A stretch of 64,000 bases of DNA from an uncultured Actinomycetota bacterium (GTDB taxonomy: Bacteria > Actinomycetota > Actinomycetes > Propionibacteriales > Nocardioidaceae): contig CAWBAQ010000016.1 of assembly GCA_963786795.1 (NCBI GenBank), positions 70,230 through 134,229 of the forward strand, in the 5' to 3' direction. Below are positions 51,977 to 62,343 of this stretch, in pieces. The notes under the pieces are model-generated. The model had not been told where the DNA came from and did not search any database. It saw nothing but the letters and a program-made list of their open reading frames with translations. Within the stretch, counting starts at the first letter, position 1. Each line of letters begins with the position of its first letter. The position numbers were made by a program, and so were the translations under genes.

Positions 51977-52041
51977 CGGATAGTCCGTGACGGTCCGCAG
52001 GGTTCAGAGCGAGAAAACCTGCAGTCGTCACGGACTATCCG
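51977..52041. terminator. Long hairpin downstream of the lactate permease
   Basis: Perfect 16-bp arms CGGATAGTCCGTGACG and CGTCACGGACTATCCG, with further imperfect inner pairing. Confidence 0.65.
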
Positions 52042-52055
52042 GTCGGGACCGGGTG

Positions 52056-53775
52056 CTACGGGCACCATCCAGCCGAGCACCGGCGTGGACTGCAGGCCGA
52101 CGATGATGCACATCAGCACCAGCAGCGCCAGGCTCCAGCCGATCACCTTGCGGAAGATGTCGCCCTCCCGGCCGGCCATGCCGACGGCGGCCGCCGCGAT
52201 CGCGAGGTTCTGCGGGCTGACCATCTTGCCGAGCACGCCGCCCGAGGAGTTCGCGGCCGCCATCAGCACCGGGTCGAGCCCGGCCTCCTTGGCGGTCTGC
52301 ACCTGCAGCGCGCCGAACAGCGCGTTCGCCGACGTGTCCGAGCCGGTGACCGCCACCCCGATCCAGCCCAGGATCGGCGAGAGGATCGCGAACGCGCCGC
52401 CGGTGCCGGCGAGCCAGGCGCCGAGCGAGGTGGTCTGCCCGGACAGGTTCATCACGTAGGCCAGCGCGAGCACCGCCATCACCGTGATGATCGCCGACTT
52501 CAGCTCGACGTAGGTCCGGACGTAGGTCCGCGCGCGCCTCGCGCCGGGGAGACCTTGAGGATCAGCGCCGTGATGATGCCGGCGAAGATCATCAGCGTGC
52601 CGGCGGCGGGCAGCCAGTTGAACATGAACGTCGTGGTGGCGACCGGCTCGCCGGCGGCGTTGAGCACGTCGAGGCCCGGCCAGGCGAAGCGAACGTCCAC
52701 GGCTCCTCGGCCAGGAACTCCTTGACCGCGGTGATGTTGGTGATCGAGAAGATCGCGATGATCACGAGGTACGGCGCGTAGGCCCGGACCACGTCGGCGC
52801 TGCTGTCGCTGGACCGGGCCGCGGTCGTCGACCGGCCGGTGGTGCCCGCGCCGGCACCGACCGTGCCGGCTGCCGGCGTCCGGCGTCCTGGCTCGACGCC
52901 TCGGACGGCCGGCTCGGCGGTGAGCACCTCGGCCGGCTGTCCAGACCCGCAGCAGCAGCACGACGGAGGCCGCCGCGACCAGCGCGGCGACGATGTCGGC
53001 CAGCGGCACGGAGATGTAGTTGGCGGCGACGAACTGCGCGAGGCCGAACGCGACGCCGCAGACCAGCGCGGGCAGCCAGGTCTGCCTGACGCCGCGCCGG
53101 CCGTCGACGACGAAGACCAGGATCAGCGGCACGATCACGGCGAGGATCGGGGTCTGCCGGCCGACCATCGACGCCGAGGGTGTCGACGGTCAGGCCGGGG
53201 TCGTTGCTCGCGCCGGAGGAGACCGTGGCGAGCGTGACGATCGGGGTGGCCAGCGCGCCGAACGCGACCGGGGCGGTGTTCGCGATCAGCGCGACGGCGG
53301 CAGCCTTGACCGGCTGGAAGCCCAGCGCCATCAGCATCACCACGGTGATCGCCACCGGGGTGCCGAAGCCGGCGAGCGCCTCGAGCAGCGCACCGAAGCA
53401 GAACGCGATGATGATCGCCTGGATCCGCTGGTCGGGGCTGACCTTCTCGAACGACCGCCGCAGCACGTCGAAGTGCCCGGAGGCCACCGTCAGGTTGTAG
53501 ACCCAGATCGCGTTGATCACGATCCAGAGGATCGGGAAGAACCCGAACGCCGCACCCTCGGTGCCGGCGAGCAGCGCCTGCCCGACCGGCATCGCGAACA
53601 GCACGACCGCGACGGCGAGCGCGACGACCAGCGAGATCAGCCCGGCCAGCCACGCCTTGAGCCGCAGGCCGCCGAGCAGCACGAACAGGGTGACGAGGGG
53701 GATGGCGGCGCACAGCGCGCTGAGGGCGAGCGAGTCGCCGACGGGTTGGAGGTTCTGCTGGAACTGCTCGAACAT
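52056..53775 (-). CDS. L-lactate/glycolate permease, LctP/GlcA family (frameshifted)
   Basis: FCFGALLEALAGFGTPVAI, ANTAPVAFGA, GVAVTGSDTSANALFG.LQ, ANSSGGVLGKMVSPQN. Confidence 0.9.
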
Positions 53776-53808
53776 GTGGTTCAACTCCCGAGCGGTGGAG
53801 GGACGGGT

Positions 53809-55198
53809 TCAGGCGGGGACGAACGTGCTCGCGGGCGCACCCCGGATGGAGGCGTCGAGCACCTCGATCGGTGTGCGCCATCCCCATCGGGTGGCCGGAC
53901 CGCTCGATGGCGGAGGTGACCTGCATCAGGCAGCCCGGGTTGGCGGTGACCAGCACCTGGGCGCCGGTCGCCACGATGTTGGCGGCCTTGCGGTCGCCGA
54001 GCTCGCGGGCCGGCTCGGGGTTGAGGATGTTGTAGATGCCGGCCGAGCCGCAGCACAGCTCGGCCTCGGCGATCTCCTTCAGCGCCAGGCCCGGGATCGC
54101 CTCGAGCAGCCGGCGCGGCTGGGCGCGGACGCCCTGGGCGTGGGCGAGGTGGCAGGCGTCGTGGTAGGCGACCGTCATGTCGAGCGGGTGCCGCGGGGCC
54201 ACCGGGCCGAGCTCGTCGAGGATCTCGGAGACGTCGCGGACCTTGTCGGCGAACGCGCGGGCCCGGTCGGCGTACGCCGGGTCGTCGGCCAGCAGCTCGG
54301 CGTACTCCTTCATCGTGGAGCCGCAGCCGGCGGCGTTCACCACGACGTGCTCCACGCCGCTGGACTCGAAGGAGTCGACGAGCCTGCGCGCGTACTTCTG
54401 CGCCTCCTCCTCGCGGCCGTTGTGCACCGAGAGCGCGCCGCAGCAGCCCTGCGAGGCCGGCACGACGACGTCGCAGCCCTCGGCCTGGAGCACCCGCGCG
54501 GTCGCGGCGTTCACGCCCGGGAAGAACGCACCCTGCACGCAGCCGGTGAGCAGGCCGACGACCGCGCGGCGCGGGCCGGAGGCCTGGATGTACGGCGGCA
54601 GCGGCTCGGGCTTGCCCAGGCGGGGCGCGAGGCTCTCCATCGCGGCGAGCTGCGGGGCCATCCGCTCGAGCAGCCCGGTGCGCCGCATCGCGCGGTCGAG
54701 GCCGGTGGCCTGCATCGCGCGCAGCGGGCCGCGCAGCAGCCGGAGCCGCTTGGGGTGCGGGAACAGCGAGAAGATCAGCCCGCGCAGCGCCTTGTCCTTG
54801 GCCGAGCGCTCGTGGCTGCGCTCGACCTGGGCCCGGGTCTGCTCGATCAGCGTGTCGTACTGCACGCCCGGACGGGCACGCGGTCACGCAGGCCATGCAG
54901 CCGAGGCAGGCGTCCCAGTGCGACACCATCGAGTCGCTCATCGGCTCGCCCTCGAGACCCTCCTTCATCAGGTAGATCCGGCCGCGCGGGCGAGTCCATC
55001 TCCTCGCCCCACAGCACGTAGGTCGGGCAGGTCGGCAGGCAGAAGCCGCAGTGCACGCAGTCGCCGATCAGGGCCGCGTCCGGCGGGTGGTGCTCGTCGA
55101 AGGCGCCGCCGGGGGCGGGCATGCCGAGGTCGACGAGTTCGACGAGCTGCCCATCTCCCCCAGGGTGCCGCCGGTGTCGTGCTCGGCGTGTCGGTCAT
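53809..55198 (-). CDS. glcF: Glycolate oxidase Fe-S subunit (frameshifted)
   Basis: [31 protein letters not shown] domains (GCCGAL..H.G, YHDACHL.H.Q, CCGSAG.YN, TANPGC). Confidence 0.88.
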
Positions 55199-55199
55199 C

Positions 55200-56472
55200 T
55201 CAGATGCCTCCCACGAAGCGGCCCGGCGCGAGCCGGTGGTCGGGGTCGAACTGGTCCTTGACCCGGCGCATCAGGTCGAGCGCGGGCACCGGTCCCCAGA
55301 CGTCGACGGCCGGCCTTGACGTCGGCCGGCGCGTCGACCACGACGGCGCTGCCGCCGTGCCGCGGTGCAGGCGCGGCGCAGCCGGTCGAGCGCCGCGCCC
55401 ACCGTCGTCGACGGGAGTGCCGGCGGGCAGCGCGGCGTAGGCGACGCCGGCACCGGCGGAGCCGCGCAGGTGCGCGCCGGCCTCCGTCGCGGCGGCAGCA
55501 CGTCGGCCAGCCCGGAGAGCGCGAAGGTCAGCTTGAGCGCGGTCGCGCGGTCGTCGCCGGCGGCCGCGACGTCCCAGGGGTACGTCGCGCCGCCCGCGGG
55601 CTCCTCGGCCGCCGACTCGGTCGACGTCTCGCCGAGCAGGCGCGCGGACCGTCGCGGCCCGGCCGGCGACCCCCTCCTCGCGCCCCTCGAGCAGCACGCT
55701 GCACGGTGCCGGCGCCGTCGGGGGCCCAGTCGACCTCGATCGCGGCGGGCACGGCCTGCGCGTGCAGCACGGACTGCGACGAGTCGCTGCGCCTCGGCCG
55801 GGTCGGCGGCCGGCACGCTGACCCAGCTCCGCGCGGCCGGCAGCGGGATGCAGCCGGAAGGTCGCGTCGACGATGACGGCCAGCGTGCCGAGCGAGCCGA
55901 TCATCAGCTTGCCGAGGTCGTAGCCCGCGACGTTCTTCACCACCCGGCCGCCGGCCTTGGCCACCACGCCGTCGGCGCGGACCACGGTGATGCCGATCAG
56001 CAGGTCGCGGGCGGTGCCGGTGGCGACGCGGCGCGGGCCGCTGGTGTTGGTGGCGAGCAGGCCGCCGATGCTGGTGCCGGGGACGGTCTCGTCGAGGGCG
56101 AGGCGCTGGCCGGCGCTGCCCACGGCCTCCTGGACGTCGGCGAGCCGGGCGCCCGGCCTGGGCGGCGACGATCAGGTCGCCGGCGGCGTGGTCGAGGACC
56201 TGGTCGAGCGCGCTCACGTCGAGCACGCACGTCGGCGCTCGACGGCGGCGTGCCCCAGGACAGCTTGGTGCCGCGGCCGCGCGGCACGACGCTCAGCCCG
56301 TGCGCGGTCGCCGCGCGGAGCACCTCGGCGACCTGGGCGGTGTCGCGCGGGCCGGGCGACGAGCCCGGGCGCCACCCCGTCGACGTGCGTCCGTGCTCGG
56401 CGGGTCGCGCACGTCGGCGCAGGCCGAGGCGACCGCCTCGCGCGCCGTACGGTCGAGGGTGCCGGTGCTCAT
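55200..56472 (-). CDS. glcE: Glycolate oxidase FAD subunit (multiple frameshifts)
   Basis: SGPRR...G..RDLLIG, AGGRVVKNVAGYDLGKLMIGSLGTL, VKDQFDP...LAPGRF. Confidence 0.85.
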
Positions 56473-57965
56473 CAGAACACCTCCGCCAGGCCGGCTTCCT
56501 GCAGCGGGTGGGCGCCCTTCTTGCGTCCGGGCACCTCCCCGCACAGCCGCGGCGTCGGGAAGACCTTGCCGGGGTTGGAGATGTTCTGCGGGTCGAAGGC
56601 GCAGCGCACCAGCTGCATGGTGTCGAGGTCGTCGTCGGTGTACATCCGCGGCATGTACTTCGCCTTGTCCATGCCGACGCCGTGCTCGCCGGTGATCGAG
56701 CCGCCGTGCTCGATGCAGAGGTCGAGGATCGCGCCGCTCACCTTCTCGGCGGCGTCGCCGGCTCCCTCGACGGCGTCGTCGAAGAGCACCAGCGGGTGCA
56801 GGTTGCCGTCGCCGGCGTGGAAGACGTTGGCCACCCGGACGCCGGACGTGCCGGACAGCTCGGCGATCGCCGTGAGCACCTCGGGCAGCGCGGTGCGCGG
56901 GATGACGCCGTCCTGGACGATGTAGTCGGGGCTGATCCGGCCGACCGCCGCGAACGCGGACTTGCGGCCCTTCCAGATCAGCGCCCGGTCGGCGGGGTCG
57001 GTGGCCAGCCGCTGCTCGAAGGCGCCGTTCTCGTGGCAGAGCCGCTCGACCTCGACGTACTCCTGCTCGACCTCGATCGCCGCACCGTCGAGCTCGATCA
57101 CCAGCACCGCGCCGGCGCCGTGGGGGTAGTTGCAGTGCACCGCGGCCTCGGCGGCCTCGATCGCGAGGGCGTCCATCATCTCGATGGCGGCGGGCACGAT
57201 GCCCGCGGCGATGATCGCCGACGTGGCCGCGCCGGCCTGGTCGGTGGACTCGAAGCCCACCAGGATCGTGCGGACCTCCTCGGGGAGCCGGACCAGCCTG
57301 ACCGTGGTCGAGGTGACGATGCCGAGCGTGCCCTCGGAGCCGACGACGGCACCGAGCAGGTCGTAGCCGGGGCTGTCGGGTGCGTCGCCGCCGAGCGGGA
57401 CCGTGTCGCCCTCGGGGGTCACGAAGTCCGCGCCGAGGACGTGGTTGGTGGTGAAGCCGTACTTCAGGCAGTGCGCGCCGCCGGAGTTCTCCGCGACGTT
57501 GCCGCCGATGGAGCAGATCTGCTGGCTCGACGGGTCGGGCGCGTAGTAGTAGCCGTGCGGCGTCGCCGCCCTGGTGACGTCGAGGTTGATCACGCCCGGC
57601 TCCACGACGGCCCGCTGGTCCTCGGGACGCACGGCGGTGATCGCGCGCATCCTGGAGGTCACGACGAGCACCCCCTCGGCGTGCGGGAGCGCCCCTCCCG
57701 ACAGGCCGGTGCCGGAGCCGCGGGCGACGTACGGCACGCCGTGCTCGGCGCAGGCCCGCACGATCGCGGCGAGCTGCGTCGCGTCCTCCGGTACGACGAC
57801 CAGGGCCGGCGTCACCCGGTAGTGCGCGAGCCCGTCGCACTCGTAGGTCCGCAGCCGGGCGCGGTCGGTGATGACGGCTGCCTCGGGGAGCAGCCGCCGC
57901 GCCACCTCCGCGACGGCCGTGACCGCCGGGGCTCGCGGGGCTCGGACGGCCGGGGTCCTGGACAT
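56472..57965 (-). CDS. glcD: Glycolate oxidase FAD-linked subunit
   Basis: ARGSGTGLSGGA, YAPDPSSQ..CSIGGNVAENSGGAHCLKYG, GSEGTLG, FHAGDGNLHPL, GEHGVG..K. Confidence 0.93.
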   Translation of the reverse strand: MSRTPAVRAPRAPAVTAVAEVARRLLPEAAVITDRARLRTYECDGLAHYRVTPALVVVPEDATQLAAIVRACAEHGVPYVARGSGTGLSGGALPHAEGVLVVTSRMRAITAVRPEDQRAVVEPGVINLDVTRAATPHGYYYAPDPSSQQICSIGGNVAENSGGAHCLKYGFTTNHVLGADFVTPEGDTVPLGGDAPDSPGYDLLGAVVGSEGTLGIVTSTTVRLVRLPEEVRTILVGFESTDQAGAATSAIIAAGIVPAAIEMMDALAIEAAEAAVHCNYPHGAGAVLVIELDGAAIEVEQEYVEVERLCHENGAFEQRLATDPADRALIWKGRKSAFAAVGRISPDYIVQDGVIPRTALPEVLTAIAELSGTSGVRVANVFHAGDGNLHPLVLFDDAVEGAGDAAEKVSGAILDLCIEHGGSITGEHGVGMDKAKYMPRMYTDDDLDTMQLVRCAFDPQNISNPGKVFPTPRLCGEVPGRKKGAHPLQEAGLAEVF

Positions 57966-58089
57966 CGGTGACCATGTCCGGACACCTCACTTTCGAGTGC
58001 GTTTCCGTATGTCAGAAGAACTTTCCGCGATCCAGGCACCCTAGGCGTGTGCTCGCGGTCACGGCAAGGTGTTCCCCCGGCCGGACCTG

Positions 58090-58520
58090 TCAGTCCGGCT
58101 GGGCGCTGAGCCCGGCGGCCTCGATCCCGGCGACCGCGGCCGCCTCGTCGTTGTCGGAGGTGTCCCCGGTGACCCCGACGGCGCCGAGCAGCCCGCCCTC
58201 GGCGTCGCGGACCAGGACCCCGCCCGGCACCGGCACCAGCGCGCCGCCGACGGCCGAGGTGACGGCGGCGATGAAGTACGGCTGCTGCTCGGCGCGGCCC
58301 ATGATCGAGCGGGAGCCCATGCCGCAGCGACAGCGCGCCGTGCGCCTTGCCGTAGCCGATCTCGAAGCGCTTCATCGACGAGCCGTCCTCGCGCTCGACG
58401 GCCACCACGTGGCCGCCGGCGTCGAGGACCACGACGGTCATCGGCTTGAAGCCCGCGCCCGCGGCGTGCGACCGGGCCCCGGCGACGATCGCGCGGGCGG
58501 TGTCGAGGTCCAGGCTGCAT
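58090..58520 (-). CDS. glcG: GlcG/HbpS-family heme-binding protein (frameshifted)
   Basis: [12 protein letters not shown]...REDG...[33 protein letters not shown]. Confidence 0.85.
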
Positions 58521-60718
58521 CAGGCGCTCCTCTGTCTCGTCGTTCTTCCGGCTGGCGCCGGCGGCGGTGCAGGATCGGCTCGGTGTAGCCGCTGGGCTGC
58601 TCGAGCCCCTCGAAGACCAGCGCCCGGGCCGCCAGGAAGGCGTCGCCGTCGAAGTCCGGCGCCATCGGGACGTACGTCGGGTCGCCGGCGTTCTGCTCGT
58701 CGACGACGGCGGCCATCCGGCGCAGCGTCTCGTCGACCTGGTCGGCGCTCGACGACGCCGTGGTGCAGCCAGTTGGCGACGTGCTGCGAGGAGATCCGGC
58801 AGGTGGCCCGGTCCTCCATCAGCGGCTCGCCGGTGATGTCGGGGACCTTGGAGCAGCCGATGCCGGCGTCGACCCAGCGCACGACGTACCCGAGCAGGCT
58901 CTGCAGGTTGTTGTCGATCTCTGCCTGGCGGTCCTCGTCGGACCAGGACGGCCGGGTCGCCGAGCGGGAGCTCGAGCAGCTCCTCGCGGGTCGCTCCTGC
59001 GCCCGGCGGCCCGCAGCTCCTCCTGGCGGGCGCGGACGTCGACCTGGTGGTAGTGCAGCGCGTGCATGGTCGCGCGCGGTCGGCGACGGCACCCAGGCGC
59101 AGCTCGCGCCGGCCTGCGGGTGGCCGATCTTGGCGTCCAGCATGTCGGCGAGGCTGTCCGGCGCGGCCCACATGCCCTTGCCGATCTGGGCCCGGCCGAG
59201 CAGCCCGCAGGCCAGCCCGATGTCGACGTTGAGGTCCTCGTAGGCCTGGATCCAGGTCTCGCCCTTCATGTCGTTCTTGCGGACCACCGGGCCGGCGAGC
59301 ATGGAGGTGTGGATCTCGTCGCCGGTGCGGTCGAGGAAGCCGGTGTTGATGAAGGCGACCCGCTCGCGTGCGGCCTCGATGCAGGCCTTGAGGTTCAGCG
59401 ACGTCCGCCGCTCCTCGTCCATGATGCCGACCTTGATGGTCAGCGGCGGCAGGCCGAGCACCTCCTCGACCCGGGTGAACAGCTCGACGGTGAACGCGAC
59501 CTCGTCCGGGCCGTGCATCTTCGGCTTGACGACGTACATCGAGCCGGTGCGCGAGTTGGCCAGCCTGCGACTCGCCGCGCAGGTCCTGCAGGCTGCCGAG
59601 CGCCGGTGACCAGCGCGTCGAGGATGCCCTCGGGCACCTCGTTGCCGTCGCGGTCGAGCACCGCGTCGGTGGTCATCAGGTGGCCGACCTGGCGGATGAA
59701 CAGCAGCGAGCGGCCGCGGCAGGGTGACCTCGCTCGCCGGACGGGGTCGGTGTAGGTCCGGTCGGGGTTCATCGCCCGGGTGAAGGTCTTGCCGCCCTTG
59801 GTGACCTCCTCGGCGAGCGTGCCCTCCATCAGCTGCAGCCAGTTGCGGTAGCCGACGACCTTGTCGTCGGCGTCGACCGCGGCGACGGAGTCCTCGAGGT
59901 CCATGATCGTGGAGACCGCGGACTCGAGCAGCAGGTCCTTGACCCCGGCGGCGTCGGTGGAGCCGATCGGCGTCCTCGCGGTCGACCTGGATCTCGACGT
60001 GCAGGCCGTGGTGGACCAGCACGCACGGCCTCGGGCGCCTCGGCCGCTCCCCGGTAGCCGACGAGCTGGGCCGGGTCGGCGAGCCGGACCACGTCGTCCT
60101 TGACCGTGACGGCCAGGCCCTCGCCGTCCACGGCGTACGACGTGGCGTCGGCGTGCGACCCGTCGGCCAGCGGGAAGTGCTCGTCGAGGAAGGCGCGGCC
60201 GCGGGCGATGACCTCGTCGCCCCGCACGGTGTTGTAGCCGTCGCCGGGGGCGAGGTCGCCCTCGCTGGGGGACCACGTCGGTGCCGTAGAGCGCGTCGTA
60301 CAGCGAGCCCCACCGGGCGTTCACGGCGTTGGTCGCGAAGCGCGCGTTCAGCAGCGGGACGACCAGCTGCGGGCCGGCGATGCGCGGCCACCTCGTCGTC
60401 GACGTCGTCGGTGCTGACCTCGAACGTCGGCGGGCTCGTCGAGCAGGTAGCCGATCTCGCGTGAGGAAGGCGGTGTAGGTCTCCGGCGTCGGGCACGCCC
60501 GGGGTGCTCGCGGTGGAAGTCGTCGATGCGGGTCTGCAGCTCGTCGCGCCGGGCGAGCAGCTCACGGTTGCGGGGCGCGAGGTCGTGGACGAGCGCGTCG
60601 GCCCCGTCCCAGAACGCGTCGGGGTCCACGCCCGGAGCCCGGGCAGCGCCTCCTCGACGATGAAGCGGTGGAGGCTCGCCGCGACGGCGAGCCCCCCGAC
60701 CTGGATGCGCTGGTCCAT
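58520..60718 (-). CDS. glcB: Malate synthase G (multiple frameshifts)
   Basis: [94 protein letters not shown]. Confidence 0.93.
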   Translation of the reverse strand: MDQRIQVGGLAVAASLHRFIVEEALPGLRAWTPTRSGTGPTRSSTTSRPATVSCSPGATSCRPASTTSTASTPGVPDAGDLHRLPHARSATCSTSPPTFEVSTDDVDDEVAAHRRPAAGRPAAERALRDQRRERPVGLAVRRALRHRRGPPARATSPPATATTPCGATRSSPAAAPSSTSTSRWPTGRTPTPRRTPWTARAWPSRSRTTWSGSPTRPSSSATGERPRRPRPCVLVHHGLHVEIQVDREDADRLHRRRRGQGPAARVRGLHDHGPRGLRRRGRRRRQGRRLPQLAAADGGHARRGGHQGRQDLHPGDEPRPDLHRPRPASEVTLPRPLAAVHPPGRPPDDHRRGARPRRQRGARGHPRRAGHRRSAACRTCAASRRLANSRTGSMYVVKPKMHGPDEVAFTVELFTRVEEVLGLPPLTIKVGIMDEERRTSLNLKACIEAARERVAFINTGFLDRTGDEIHTSMLAGPVVRKNDMKGETWIQAYEDLNVDIGLACGLLGRAQIGKGMWAAPDSLADMLDAKIGHPQAGASCAWVPSPTARDHARAALPPGRRPRPPGGAAGRRAQERPARSCSSSRSATRPSWSDEDRQAEIDNNLQSLLGYVVRWVDAGIGCSKVPDITGEPLMEDRATCRISSQHVANWLHHGVVERRPGRRDAAPDGRRRRRAERRRPDVRPDGAGLRRRRLPGGPGAGLRGARAAQRLHRADPAPPPAPAGRTTRQRSA

Positions 60719-60737
60719 GCCACTCCCTTGCCTGTGT

Positions 60738-60773
60738 TTTCGTATTGTGGAAGTGTTTGTCTTCATCTTGGAA
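60738..60773. promoter_or_regulatory. Putative IclR-family operator
   Basis: TTTCGTATTGTGGAA (60738-60752) in the AT-rich glcB/IclR intergenic region. A related TTCCGTATGTCAGAA lies at 58003-58017 upstream of glcD. Confidence 0.5.
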
Positions 60774-60843
60774 ACTAGGCAGTCGCACCCGGCGCTGTCA
60801 ACCGCCGTTCACCGCCAGAGCCGCCCAGGAGGACCTGGTCCCC

Positions 60844-61624
60844 ATGCCCGAGTCCGGAGAACCACAAGCGCCGGGACGGCGGCGTGCAGTCGCTGCACCG
60901 GGCCCTCGACCTCGTGGAGGTCGTCGCGGCCCGGGGCGGGCACCTGACCATCGGTGAGATCGCCGCCGATCACCGACGTCCCGCTGCCCACCGTGCACCG
61001 GCTGCTGCGCACCCTCGTCGACCGCGGCTACATGCGGCAGATGCCCAACCGGCGCTACGCCCTCGGGTTCCGGCTGGTCCCGCTCGGCTCGGCGGCGAGC
61101 TCGATGGTGGGCGCGGACACCGAGGCGGTCCTCGGCCGGCTGGTCGACGCGCTCGGGCGAGACCGCCAACCTCGCGATCCTGTCCGGCTCCCACGCGGAG
61201 TACGTCGCCCAGGTGCCGTCGCGGCACACGATGCGGATGTTCACCGAGGTCGGCCGCCAGGTCGACCTGCACTGCACCGGCGTGGGCAAGGCGCTGCTCG
61301 GCCAGCTCGACGACAACCGGGTGCGCGAGATCATCGGGCGCGCCGGGCTGAACCGGCAGACCGAGCACACCCTGGTCACCGCTCCCCGACCTGCTGGCCG
61401 AGCTCGCCGAGGTCCGCGCCCGTGGCTACGCGGTCGACGACCAGGAGCAGGAGGCCGGGGTCCGCTGCGTCGCCGTGCCCGTCGGGCCGGAGCCGATGTC
61501 GTGGATGGCGGTGTCGGTCTCCGGCCCGGTCACCCGGATGACCGACGAGCTCGTCGACCGCGCCGTGCCGCTGCTGCACGAGGCCGGCCGGCAGCTGACC
61601 AGCCGGATGCTGAGCGCGGACTGA
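60844..61624 (+). CDS. IclR-family regulator (frameshifted)
   Basis: GVQSLHRALDL, TVHRLLRTLV..GY, MRMFTEVG..V.LHCTGVGKALL, GYAVDDQEQE.GVRCVAV, VSVSGP. Confidence 0.9.
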
Positions 61625-62213
61625 CCCCGGCGCCTTCCTTCGCGCGGATCATCCAGATCCCCAGAGCGCCGACCGCCAAGCCGAGCGGGACGCCCCACGG
61701 TGAGAGGAGCGCCTGGAAGCCCAGGGCTCCCCCGATCACAATTGCCCCCGAGATCGCCCGCGGAAATACGCGAGCCCGGAAGGTGGCGACGCCGAACAGG
61801 ATCCAACCTGCAGCGAACGACGCGTAGCTGGCGATTGCTCCGAGCGCGAGCAGGATGGTCGGGTCGGTGTCGAACGCGTTCGGCGCCTCGTCCGCGAGCC
61901 ACGGGACCGCAAAGGTCTCGAACCAGAGATCACCCCCCAGGAGCATCGTGCCCACCACGGCGGCGAGCGTCGCGACGACACCCAGGCGTCCGGATCGGGC
62001 TTCGTGCCACCCGTGTGCCGCGACGGCGAAGAGCAGGAGTGCCACGAAGCCGGCCAGGTAGACGACGCCGCCGATCTGGAAGACAGGGGACGTCGTCGTG
62101 GCCACGTGGTCCTTCGGGTCGAACGGCAGCATGACGAGCTGCGCGCCGACCATGAGCACCCCCGCGGACACCGCGAGGGGACCTGCGAGCCGAGACAAAG
62201 ATGAGTCAGACAT
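61530..62213 (-). CDS. Hypothetical membrane protein
   Basis: Five to six TM segments, LGGDLWFETFAVPWLA motif. The 3' end overlaps the IclR gene. Confidence 0.65.
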   Translation of the reverse strand: MSDSSLSRLAGPLAVSAGVLMVGAQLVMLPFDPKDHVATTTSPVFQIGGVVYLAGFVALLLFAVAAHGWHEARSGRLGVVATLAAVVGTMLLGGDLWFETFAVPWLADEAPNAFDTDPTILLALGAIASYASFAAGWILFGVATFRARVFPRAISGAIVIGGALGFQALLSPWGVPLGLAVGALGIWMIRAKEGAGVSPRSASGWSAAGRPRAAAARRGRRARRSSG

Positions 62214-62343
62214 GACGGTCGTACCTTTCCCTGGGAGTCCGCGGAACCGAGCGGAGGATGTGTGTCCCTCCACCTTCGGCGGGCCGAGGCCAGATGGAAT
62301 CCGTAGGACCACCAGTGTTCTCTCCGGCGCCTAGTGTGGGTAG

